From the NCBI GenBank assembly GCA_963783375.1, contig CAWANH010000028.1, forward strand, positions 640,001 to 704,000: 64,000 nucleotides of DNA, in the 5' to 3' direction. The position numbers and the translations under genes were made by a program. The stretch is from Candidatus Eiseniibacteriota bacterium (GTDB taxonomy: Bacteria > Eisenbacteria > RBG-16-71-46 > JABDJR01). Under the pieces are notes generated by a model. The model saw only the letters and a list, made by a program, of their open reading frames with translations, made no database searches and was not told the DNA's origin. Below are positions 20,121 to 28,649 of this stretch, piece by piece. Within the stretch, counting starts at the first letter, position 1. Every line of letters starts with the position of its first letter.

Positions 20121-21626
20121 ATGAGCGCATCACGGCACATTGGGCATATGGAAGGTCGGACCGCGACCCGTTTCCCATCCCGCCGCCTCGCCGTCGCCGC
20201 CGCCCTGGCGATGGTTTCTTTCGCAATGCTCATGGGCTACTGGCGGGTCCAGCAGGACGACAGCTACATCTTCTATTCCTACGCGCAGAATCTGGCCGCC
20301 GGCCACGGCTACGTATTCAACCCCGGCGAGCGCATCAACGCCACCACCTCACCCCTGTATACCCTGATTCTCTCGTTCACATACCTGATCCTCCACCCCT
20401 TGCCGCTGGTAAGCCTGCCGCTGCTCGGACATCTGATCGGAGCGGTCGCCCTCCTGGTCATATCCCTTCTCCTCATGAGGTCGTTCGGCTCCGGCGCCGA
20501 CGACTCCTTTCCCCTCCTGCTCCCAATGGTGTTCCTCCTGAATCCACTCCTCCCGAACGCGATCGGCATGGATACCTTCCTCGCGATGATGTTCGCCATG
20601 CTCTGCGTTCATGCCTACAGCCGGAAGCGGCGGCTGGCCGCATCTCTCGCCTGCTCGCTGGCCGTCCTGGCCCGGCCCGACATGATGCTCTTCGCCGCAG
20701 TGGTCCTCGGGTACGACGTCGCCCGAAATCGCCGGCTTCCCACCGTTCGAATGATCTCGGCCTTCCTGGTTCCGATCCTCACATGGATGCTGTTCAGCTC
20801 CCTGTACTTCGGCACATTCCTACCGTCCACGCTCGCCGCCAAGCTCGGCCAGACCGAATCGGCCCGATGGGGCACGGGACCCATCTTCTTCAAGGGGTTG
20901 GTGTCCCGCTCCGTGTGGGGGACCCACGCCCTCATGGGCCTCGTGTTCGCCCTCTCGCTGACCGGACTCATTGTCGGCGCCCTCAGGTTCCGGCGATGGG
21001 ACGTCTTCCGGAAACCGGCGATCCATCTGATCCTCCTGTGGTCGCTGGTCTATCTGGCGGTCTACGGATTCATCCTGAATCCACCGGCCTACGGCTGGTA
21101 CTACACCCCGCTCGCCCTGGGCATCACCATTCTGGTCGCGATCCCGATCGAGGGGCTGATTCGCTACCTGTCGCACCGCGGCGGGGGCGGGCGGCGGGTA
21201 GGGGAGGCCGCCGCATACCTCGTGCTTCTCCTGGCCGGAATCATGCTCCCGCTCGAGTCGTCTCCGGGTCCGGCGGCGGCGAAGTACGAAAACTACAGGT
21301 TGGCGGCCGAGTGGCTGGAGGCGAACGCGGCTCCCGGCTCCACGGTCGGCGCCAACGAGGTCGGAATCATCCGGTACTATTACCGCAAGGGTTCCGTGAT
21401 CGACGGGTTGGGCCTCGTGACCCCCGAGGTGGCGGACCACGTGAGGCAGAGGGACTACGATTGGTACGTCCATCGCTATCGTCCCGACTACCTGATGTTC
21501 AACTATCCGCACCGGAGGGTCCTGGAGTCGATGGTGGACAGCGACTGGTTCCATGAGGACTACGCGTTGCGCACGATCCTTCGAACCTCCCGGAGGGCGG
21601 TGGCCATCTACGAAAGGCGACAATGA
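20121..21626 (+). CDS. GT-C-like polytopic membrane glycosyltransferase
   Basis: DDSYIFYSYAQNL...FNPGE...TSPL, ARPD; C-terminal EVGIIRYY..IDGLGL. Confidence 0.75.
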   Translation: MSASRHIGHMEGRTATRFPSRRLAVAAALAMVSFAMLMGYWRVQQDDSYIFYSYAQNLAAGHGYVFNPGERINATTSPLYTLILSFTYLILHPLPLVSLPLLGHLIGAVALLVISLLLMRSFGSGADDSFPLLLPMVFLLNPLLPNAIGMDTFLAMMFAMLCVHAYSRKRRLAASLACSLAVLARPDMMLFAAVVLGYDVARNRRLPTVRMISAFLVPILTWMLFSSLYFGTFLPSTLAAKLGQTESARWGTGPIFFKGLVSRSVWGTHALMGLVFALSLTGLIVGALRFRRWDVFRKPAIHLILLWSLVYLAVYGFILNPPAYGWYYTPLALGITILVAIPIEGLIRYLSHRGGGGRRVGEAAAYLVLLLAGIMLPLESSPGPAAAKYENYRLAAEWLEANAAPGSTVGANEVGIIRYYYRKGSVIDGLGLVTPEVADHVRQRDYDWYVHRYRPDYLMFNYPHRRVLESMVDSDWFHEDYALRTILRTSRRAVAIYERRQ

Positions 21627-22252
21627 CTTCAGCAGCGGAGGCGCTCGGGCGCCTACAGGACGGGAACCGGCGCTTCGTCTCGGATATCCGGAGCCTCGAC
21701 ACGCTCGCCAGCCAGACCCGTCGACACGAGTTTCTGGAGGGCCAGGAGCCGGTGGCGGTCATCCTCGGATGCTCGGATTCCCGGGTGCCGGTGGAGATCG
21801 TCTTCGACCAGGGTCTGGGGGACCTGTTCGTGATCCGCGTCGCCGGGAACGTCGTCGCTCCGTCCCAGGTGGGGAGCGTCGAGTTCGCCGCCGAGAAGTT
21901 CGGCACCCGCCTGGTGGTGGTCCTGGGCCACACCCACTGCGGCGCGGTCCAGGCCACCCTGGAAGAGCTGCTCCGACCGACCGGCGCCCATTCGCACAAC
22001 CTGAGTTCCATCGTCGACCGCATCCGTCCCCCGGTCGAGGCGCTCTTGGCCACCGAGCTCCGAAACGACCCGAACGCGCTGTATCGGCACGCGGTGCGCG
22101 CCAACGTCCGCGCCTCCGCCGACCATCTGCGGCACGGATCGGAGGTCCTCGAAGAACGGATCCTCCGCGACGGACTACGTGTGGTGGGGGCCGAGTACGA
22201 CCTGGAGACCGGGATCGTGGACTTCTTCGACGGCCTACCCGAGGCCGATTGA
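21623..22252 (+). CDS. Beta-class carbonic anhydrase
   Basis: CSDSRV, RVAGN, GHTHCGA. Confidence 0.95.
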   Translation: MTSAAEALGRLQDGNRRFVSDIRSLDTLASQTRRHEFLEGQEPVAVILGCSDSRVPVEIVFDQGLGDLFVIRVAGNVVAPSQVGSVEFAAEKFGTRLVVVLGHTHCGAVQATLEELLRPTGAHSHNLSSIVDRIRPPVEALLATELRNDPNALYRHAVRANVRASADHLRHGSEVLEERILRDGLRVVGAEYDLETGIVDFFDGLPEAD

Positions 22253-22803
22253 TCGCGCGCCGTTCGGACCGCGTCCGAGCAGCGATCGACCATTTTCGCG
22301 CGGCCGGGCGACCGTTCTCGTGGTGGGTCGGTCCCGCGGATCGCCCGGCGGAACTCGGCGAACTGCTGCTCGACCTCGGGCTGGCGCGCACCGAGACCGA
22401 GCTGGCGATGGCCGCCGACCTGGCCGGCGCGGTGGACCCGCCGGACGAGGAGGTGCTCCGCTTCTACGAGCTGGCCGCGGCGCCGCTTCTCCAGGGGGAT
22501 TCTCCCCAGTGGCTCTATCTCGGCTGGCTGGGAGACGACGCGGTGGCGACGGGACAATTGACGGTGGGAGGCGGTGTGGTAGGGCTCTACAATGTTTTCA
22601 CGAGCCCGGCTCATCGTGGCCGCGGCTTCGGAACCGCCCTTACCCTGCGGCCGTTGACCGACGCGCGGGCGGCGGGACACCGCACCGCCATCCTCCAGGC
22701 CACCGCCGAGGGGGCGGGGATCTACGAGCGGGCCGGATTCCGGGCCTTCGGCCGCATCGCGGAGTACAAGCCGCCCCGGCCGTCACCTTCACCAGGGAGC
22801 TAG
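22249..22803 (+). CDS. GNAT acetyltransferase (apparently N-terminally truncated)
   Basis: HRGRGFG, LQATAEG..IYERAGF; only a TTG start is available. Confidence 0.6.
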   Translation: MIARRSDRVRAAIDHFRAAGRPFSWWVGPADRPAELGELLLDLGLARTETELAMAADLAGAVDPPDEEVLRFYELAAAPLLQGDSPQWLYLGWLGDDAVATGQLTVGGGVVGLYNVFTSPAHRGRGFGTALTLRPLTDARAAGHRTAILQATAEGAGIYERAGFRAFGRIAEYKPPRPSPSPGS

Positions 22804-22805
22804 AC

Positions 22806-23561
22806 ATGATCGAGGAACCGGTCGCCATCCGGACCGCCGACGGAACATCGAAGGGCGTCTTCATCCGGAGCGACGACGGACGGCCCCACCCCGGCGTCCT
22901 TCACTTCACCGACATCCGCGGCGTCCGGCCGGCCCCCCTCGACATGGCCCGGCGACTCGCCGAGGCGGGATACACGGTCCTCGTGCCGAACGTCTTCTAC
23001 CGGACCGGCGAGCCGCCGTTCCTCCGGTCGGGGAAGCCCTTCACCGACCCGGAGACCCGGGCGGAATTCGAATCGCTGGTCACCCCCCTCACCCCCGACG
23101 CCATGGAGCGCGACCTGGCCGCCTACCTCGACACGCTCGCCGGGCACGCCTCGGTCACCGACGGTCCGATCGGAGCGGTGGGGTACTGCTTCACCGGGGC
23201 CATGGCCCTCCGAACCGCCGCGGTCCGCCCGGACCGGGTCGCCGCCGCGGCCTCGTTTCACGGGGGAGGGCTCTTCAAGGACGACCCCGCGAGCCCTCAT
23301 CTCGTCCTTCCCCGGGTCCGGGCGCGCCTCTACTTCGGACACGCCGACGGGGACCGGAGCATGCCGGCGGAGGCGATCCGGAAGTTCGAGGAGGCCCTGG
23401 CGGCCTGGGGGGGGCGCTACGAGAGCGAGATCTACCCCGGCGCCCACCACGGCTGGACGGTCCCCGACAGCGCGGCCCACGATCCGGCCCAGGCCGAGCG
23501 CGCGTTCGAGAAGCTCACCGGACTCCTCGGGGACATGCTGTCCGGGGCCGAGACCCGGTGA
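22806..23561 (+). CDS. Dienelactone hydrolase family protein
   Basis: GYCFTG nucleophile, YPGAHHGW. Confidence 0.9.
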   Translation: MIEEPVAIRTADGTSKGVFIRSDDGRPHPGVLHFTDIRGVRPAPLDMARRLAEAGYTVLVPNVFYRTGEPPFLRSGKPFTDPETRAEFESLVTPLTPDAMERDLAAYLDTLAGHASVTDGPIGAVGYCFTGAMALRTAAVRPDRVAAAASFHGGGLFKDDPASPHLVLPRVRARLYFGHADGDRSMPAEAIRKFEEALAAWGGRYESEIYPGAHHGWTVPDSAAHDPAQAERAFEKLTGLLGDMLSGAETR

Positions 23562-23667
23562 TCCTCCCGCCGTCCGGGCCCGGCCGGGCGTCCTTCCCGA
23601 AGGCTCCCGCGGGCGGACGATCAATCGGATCCCGCCGTCCCCACACCGGAGAAACCGGGGCGCCACG

Positions 23668-24369
23668 ATGGCGGACCTGAGCGCCGTCTACCGTGACAAG
23701 GCGGCGTCCCCCGAAACCAGGATCACCCTGGCCGTCGTTCACCTCGGCGTCGTGCTGGCGGTCTTCTGGTACCTCTTCGGGGGCGGCGCGGCGGCCGCCG
23801 GCCCGATCTCCAGCCCTTCGGCACAGTCCGCCTCGGCCCTCCGGCGCGGCGTCCTGGCCGCCGCCGCCCTTCTTTATCTCCTTCGCACCCTGGCCACGCT
23901 CTTCGTCTTCATGAAGCGCCGCATGCCCTGGTCCGAAGCGGTGACGATCGCGGTGTGGATCGCCCTCTTCGACTCCCTCTTCGCCTGGTTCGGGGGCCGG
24001 AATCCCCAGCCCTTCGGCGCGGCGGCGGCGCTCGGAGCCGGACTGGTGATCGTCGGATCCGTGCTCAACACCGGCTCGGAGTGGCAGCGCCTCCGCTGGA
24101 AACGGAGGCCCGGAAACCGGGGCCACCTCCTCACCGGGGGATTCTTCCGCCTCGCCCGCCACGTCAACTACTTCGGCGACCTGGTGTTGTTCACGGGATG
24201 GGCGCTGGTGACGGGCCGCCTCGCCCTCCTGGCCATCCCCGCGGTCATGGTCGCCGGCTTCGTGTTCGCCAACATACCCGCCCAGGATCGCTACCTGGCC
24301 GAGCGCTACGGCGAGGAGTACCGGGCCTACGCGGACCGGACGGCGCGGCTGATCCCCTACCTCTACTAG
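23668..24369 (+). CDS. DUF1295/steroid 5-alpha-reductase-like membrane protein
   Basis: GGFFRLARHVNYFGD, LIPYLY. Confidence 0.85.
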   Translation: MADLSAVYRDKAASPETRITLAVVHLGVVLAVFWYLFGGGAAAAGPISSPSAQSASALRRGVLAAAALLYLLRTLATLFVFMKRRMPWSEAVTIAVWIALFDSLFAWFGGRNPQPFGAAAALGAGLVIVGSVLNTGSEWQRLRWKRRPGNRGHLLTGGFFRLARHVNYFGDLVLFTGWALVTGRLALLAIPAVMVAGFVFANIPAQDRYLAERYGEEYRAYADRTARLIPYLY

Positions 24370-24613
24370 CCCCCGGCCCGCGTGGCGTCACTCCCGGGGT
24401 CCCGGCCGGCGCGACATGAGGGCGCGCCGCCGTACCGGCCCGGGATTGCATCGCCGGTTGTGAACCGATTCCGCATCGTGCTAGCGTCTTGGGCCTGCCC
24501 GGCAACGGACCCCCGTTCCGCGACGTCCGTGGGTATCCCGGTGCTCAGCGACCGTGGGGCTTCCGCTCCCCCTGTCCCGTCCCGCCCCACCCCTCTCAAC
24601 AACGGAGTTTCGC

Positions 24614-25126
24614 ATGAACAAGCAGATGCTCGACCAGTCATGGGACCATACCCGGCAGGTATTCGGGATCTACCTCCGTCTTCTGGAGGCGTTTCCCGAG
24701 GACGGTTTCTTCACCCATCCCGTTCCGGGCATGCGCACTCCCGCCGAGTTGTCGGCGCACATGTCGGGGACGATCATCCGGGACATCCCCCAGGGGGTGG
24801 CGAAGGGTGAGATCACCGCCGACGAGTCCTCGGAGTCCGACGTGGCCAGGAAACTGGGAAGCAAGGCGGCACTGATCAAGTATGCGGAGGAGTGCTGGAC
24901 TCTCGGCAACACGGCCGCGATCGGGATCGGCGACGAGCAGCTCGGCGCGATGGTCTCGACCCCCTGGAACATGACCTTTCCGGGCTGGATCGGATTCATC
25001 ATGCTCAACGACGAATTCCTTCATCACCGTGGCCAGCTCTTCGCCTTCGCCCGGGCTTGCGGCGTCGCCCCCCCGTTCATCTGGGGCTTCGGCGAAAACG
25101 CGCCGGCGTACCGCCCCACTCACTAG
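24614..25126 (+). CDS. DinB family protein
   Basis: MRTPAELSAH, HHRGQL. Confidence 0.85.
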   Translation: MNKQMLDQSWDHTRQVFGIYLRLLEAFPEDGFFTHPVPGMRTPAELSAHMSGTIIRDIPQGVAKGEITADESSESDVARKLGSKAALIKYAEECWTLGNTAAIGIGDEQLGAMVSTPWNMTFPGWIGFIMLNDEFLHHRGQLFAFARACGVAPPFIWGFGENAPAYRPTH

Positions 25127-25191
25127 CCCGGCGCGCCGCCCGAACCGTGCCGGTTCAGGGAGCGGTGAAGGGGACGGAGCCGGGGATCCTC

Positions 25192-26121
25192 CTACTCCGT
25201 CCGCTTCACCGCCCACGGCATGGTCCGGTTGTCCGACGCCGCCTCGTCGAACGCGGACACCGCGATGATTCCCACCGTGAACTCGGCGGGGAGGAGCGCC
25301 ACCCCGCGCTCTACCGCCTCCGCCGCCCCCATGCCCGCCTCCAGCCAGTCGTACACCTGTTTGGCCAGGACCCGCCGCATGATCTCCTCCCCGTCGCCGG
25401 TGGTGGCCACCGCTCCGCGGGGACCCGCGTAGAGACCGGCCCCGATCACCGGGGTGTCCCCCACCCGGCCGAGGAGCATGATCGAGGTCCCGCCGGTGCT
25501 CAAGGCGACCCCGAACCGGCCCTCGGCGTCCCGCGCCACCGCCCCCACCGTGTCCGAGGGTCCCGCGATCTCCTTCAACGACTCCTGGACGTCCGACGGG
25601 AAGTTCCAGTAGTCCCGCGGATCCCGCCCCTGCCAGGACACGAACCCGTCGGACCGCTCCCGCCCGGCGAAGAACTCACGGACCTTGGCGATCCGCTCCC
25701 GCGCGCGATCGGAGACCGGGTAGAACTCCGGCACTCCGCGCGCCCGGGCGAACGCGGTCGCGCCCTCCCCGGCGAAGAGCAGATGCGGCGACTCCATCAC
25801 CATCCGGGCCACCCGGACCGGGTTTCGCACCATCTGGATCGCCGCCACCGCCCCGAACCGGAGCGAGCCGTCCATGACCGCGGCGTCCATCTCGATGGTG
25901 CTTCCGTCCAGACGGAAGTTCGAGCCGATGCCCGCGTTCAACCGCGGATCGTCCTCCAGCACCACGGTGGCCCGCACCGAGGCCTCGAGGGCGCTTTCCC
26001 CCGCCCGCAAGGCGGCAAGCCCCGCGTCGCACGCGGCAAGACAGGCATCGTCGTGCTCGCGAGGGCCCCCCGCCCCTCCATGGGACACCACCGCCGCCGG
26101 GATCTTTCGCTTCGCGGTCAC
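25192..26121 (-). CDS. Isoaspartyl peptidase/L-asparaginase (Ntn hydrolase)
   Basis: HGGAG, LEDDPRLNAG, DTVGAV, GRVGD; GTG start overlaps the upstream stop. Confidence 0.9.
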   Translation of the reverse strand: MTAKRKIPAAVVSHGGAGGPREHDDACLAACDAGLAALRAGESALEASVRATVVLEDDPRLNAGIGSNFRLDGSTIEMDAAVMDGSLRFGAVAAIQMVRNPVRVARMVMESPHLLFAGEGATAFARARGVPEFYPVSDRARERIAKVREFFAGRERSDGFVSWQGRDPRDYWNFPSDVQESLKEIAGPSDTVGAVARDAEGRFGVALSTGGTSIMLLGRVGDTPVIGAGLYAGPRGAVATTGDGEEIMRRVLAKQVYDWLEAGMGAAEAVERGVALLPAEFTVGIIAVSAFDEAASDNRTMPWAVKRTE

Positions 26122-27455
26122 GGGTTTCCTCCCCGGAGCGTCTGCTCCTTCATGCCCAGGATCTGCACCAGCTTCCGGCCCATCCGGTTCCAGAACGAGG
26201 CCAGGAGCGGCTTCCGTCCGAATCGCTCCGCGTAGTCGCGGAGCGCCCGCGCCATGCCCACGTCCCGGCCCTCGGTCCGGCTCAGGAAATACTTGTGGGT
26301 CATGACCTCCACGTACAGTTCCGAAGCGGTCTTTCCCGGAAAGAGATCCAGGACGTCCTCGTTCCGAAAGAGCGCGCACACCGGGACGAAGACCCGTTCG
26401 TACCAGTCGGCGGCGGCCTCGATCGACGGCAGTTCGCGCCCTGCCTGCTCGCTCAGGTACCACTTGTGCTCGTCGATGTGGCGTTCGAGGGTCTCGAGGT
26501 AGGTCGCGTCCCGCACCCGGCCCAGGAGCGCGCGCACGTCGAGGCCGGTTCGCTCCCCGAAAGCGCGCTCCTCGACGGCGATCCGGTACCGCCGGTCGTA
26601 CTCCCCCCGCAGGTATTCCAGATCGTCTCCGGTGACCCGGGGTTCGGGAACCAGGCCGGCCAGGCGGAGATCCTCGCTCAGCCACACCAGCCCCTCCAGG
26701 AAACCGTCGAGGTCGGCCCGGCGGAGCGCGTCGGAGAGCCGGTCGCGGATCTCCACCGTCTCCGCGTCGGCCAGCACCGCGCGAAGGCGGGTGACCCGGC
26801 CGACCAGAGGCACCTCTTCCTTGGTGAACCGGATGAGGGCGTTGGCCGGCGAGGCGTCTCCCCAGTAGACCCCCCCGGCATGGAGATCGGTGAAGAGGTC
26901 GAGGAGGGCGTCCCAGATCCGGCGGCGATTCTCGTGGGCGAACCCCAGGGGCACCAGCAGCGAATCGGGCACCACGCGCTCGGCCAGACGGGTCACGGTG
27001 TGACCGGTCACGCGGTGGCTGATCTGCTCCCCGGCCGCGGTCGGGACCAGGACCGGAGCGTCCTCGCGAATCACCGCGCCCATCGGTTCCAGCGCCTCGA
27101 TGCCGCGCCGGCGAAGCTCCCGGTAAACCGCGACTTCCCGACGCGCGCCCCCGCCGCCCAGCTCCTTCACCACCAGCTTCGCCCCGTTCACCTGGATGAA
27201 CGCCACCGGATGCCGCCCCACCCCGTGGCGGACCCGAAGGTGGTGGACCCCGAGATCCCGCCACTCGGCCAGCGGTTGTTTCCAGGGAAGCCGGCGGAGC
27301 GCCGCTCGAAGCTCCCGGTCGCCTTGCGCCGCGGGCTCCAGCTCGTAGCGGACCCTGGGGTAGCGGGGCCGGCGGGGAACGGCCCGGGTTCGCGGCGTCC
27401 GCCCGGCCCCGGCGTCCGGCGCGTGGGGGGGACGCGGCGCGCGACGGTGGGTCAC
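26118..27455 (-). CDS. Kdo/WaaP-like kinase domain plus DUF4032 protein
   Basis: LPWKQPL, VVKEL, GVYWGDASPANAL, HKWYLSE. Confidence 0.8.
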   Translation of the reverse strand: MTHRRAPRPPHAPDAGAGRTPRTRAVPRRPRYPRVRYELEPAAQGDRELRAALRRLPWKQPLAEWRDLGVHHLRVRHGVGRHPVAFIQVNGAKLVVKELGGGGARREVAVYRELRRRGIEALEPMGAVIREDAPVLVPTAAGEQISHRVTGHTVTRLAERVVPDSLLVPLGFAHENRRRIWDALLDLFTDLHAGGVYWGDASPANALIRFTKEEVPLVGRVTRLRAVLADAETVEIRDRLSDALRRADLDGFLEGLVWLSEDLRLAGLVPEPRVTGDDLEYLRGEYDRRYRIAVEERAFGERTGLDVRALLGRVRDATYLETLERHIDEHKWYLSEQAGRELPSIEAAADWYERVFVPVCALFRNEDVLDLFPGKTASELYVEVMTHKYFLSRTEGRDVGMARALRDYAERFGRKPLLASFWNRMGRKLVQILGMKEQTLRGGNP

Positions 27456-28174
27456 CGCGCTTCCAGCGCGGCTTCCACCACCGCGAGGTAGGCGTTCATG
27501 AACTCCCCGGCCTGCCGGCGCACAACCGGGTCGAAGGCGTCCGCGGTCCGCATCATGTCCCCGGCGGACTGGGCTTCGGGAGTGCGGGCCAGCTCCCCGC
27601 GATACCCCTCGATCCAGTGGACCAGGTCACCGGGGGTGATCTCGGGATGAAACTGCAAGCCGTAGGTGAGGGCCCCGTGTCGAAAACCCTGGTTCTCGGT
27701 GAGGCGGGAGCGGGCCAGGGCCACCGCATCCGGGGGGAGATCGAAGGTGTCGCCGTGCCAGTGGAAGGCGTGGGAGGTCCGCTCGGCCAGGTGGGCGGCC
27801 ACCGGCTCCGCTTCCCCGTCGCCCTCCAGCTCGATCGGGTACCACCCGATCTCCTTCGACGGGGCTTTCCGGACCCCGGCGCCGAGCGCGGCGGCCAGCA
27901 CCTGGGCCCCCAGGCAGATCCCCAGGTTGGCCCGGCCGGCCGCGATGCGCTCCCGGGCCAGGGCGATCTCTGCATCCAGGTAGGCGGGGTGATCGTAGAC
28001 CGCGTCGGGACCACCCAGGTAGAGCACCAATGCCGCCTCCGAGGCCCCGGCGGGAAGGTCCTCGGGCCGGGCCACGTCGTGCACCGCCGTCGACCACCCG
28101 CGGTCGCTGAGAGGGGCGGCCAGGGACCCCGGCCCTTCGAACGAAACGTGGCGGAGGATCACGCATCGATTCAT
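27452..28174 (-). CDS. Class I glutamine amidotransferase
   Basis: GICLGAQ, FHWHGD, QFHPE triad. Confidence 0.9.
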   Translation of the reverse strand: MNRCVILRHVSFEGPGSLAAPLSDRGWSTAVHDVARPEDLPAGASEAALVLYLGGPDAVYDHPAYLDAEIALARERIAAGRANLGICLGAQVLAAALGAGVRKAPSKEIGWYPIELEGDGEAEPVAAHLAERTSHAFHWHGDTFDLPPDAVALARSRLTENQGFRHGALTYGLQFHPEITPGDLVHWIEGYRGELARTPEAQSAGDMMRTADAFDPVVRRQAGEFMNAYLAVVEAALEAR

Positions 28175-28194
28175 GATCGACCGAGTGTAGCAGC

Positions 28195-28230
28195 ATAAAT
28201 GAAGCCCCCGGACTTTCGCCCGGGGGCTTC
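28195..28230 (-). terminator. Putative intrinsic terminator
   Basis: GAAGCCCCCGG-GC-GAAA-GT-CCGGGGGCTTC followed by ATTTAT on the minus strand. Confidence 0.6.
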
Positions 28231-28400
28231 GAAGTAGCGTTACCTGGGGGGGTAGGTACCGCTACGACACCCTGAAAACCAACTCAAGGTACCTGGCGGC
28301 CGCGGCGTCTCGCGGGACGCCGCATTGCCACCTGCGACCTTCCCGGCCGCACTGTGGGTATCGGTTTCCCACCGCCGAACTTGAGGGGTATCGCCGCCCT
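28195..28400 (-). ncRNA. Unclassified structured RNA with predicted pseudoknot
   Basis: Multi-stem fold whose non-canonical pairs are G-U on the minus strand (see findings). Confidence 0.55.
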
Positions 28401-28649
28401 TCCATCACGATTGCGTCCGAAAACGCAACCGGCGCCCGCGCCGTTTCGCTGCCGTCATAATCGATGGAACAACAAGCGCTTGGCGGGGCGGCGGTTTCCG
28501 GAGGAAGACGACCTTCTCCGCGGACCGGACCGGTTCAGGCCAACGGACGGTCGGGGGAAGGGGCTGGTAGACTCATTCGCTCCCGTGCCGCCCCGATCCG
28601 GCCCGGAAGCCGGGCGCGACGACGACGCCGACCGCGAAAGGAGTTCCGC

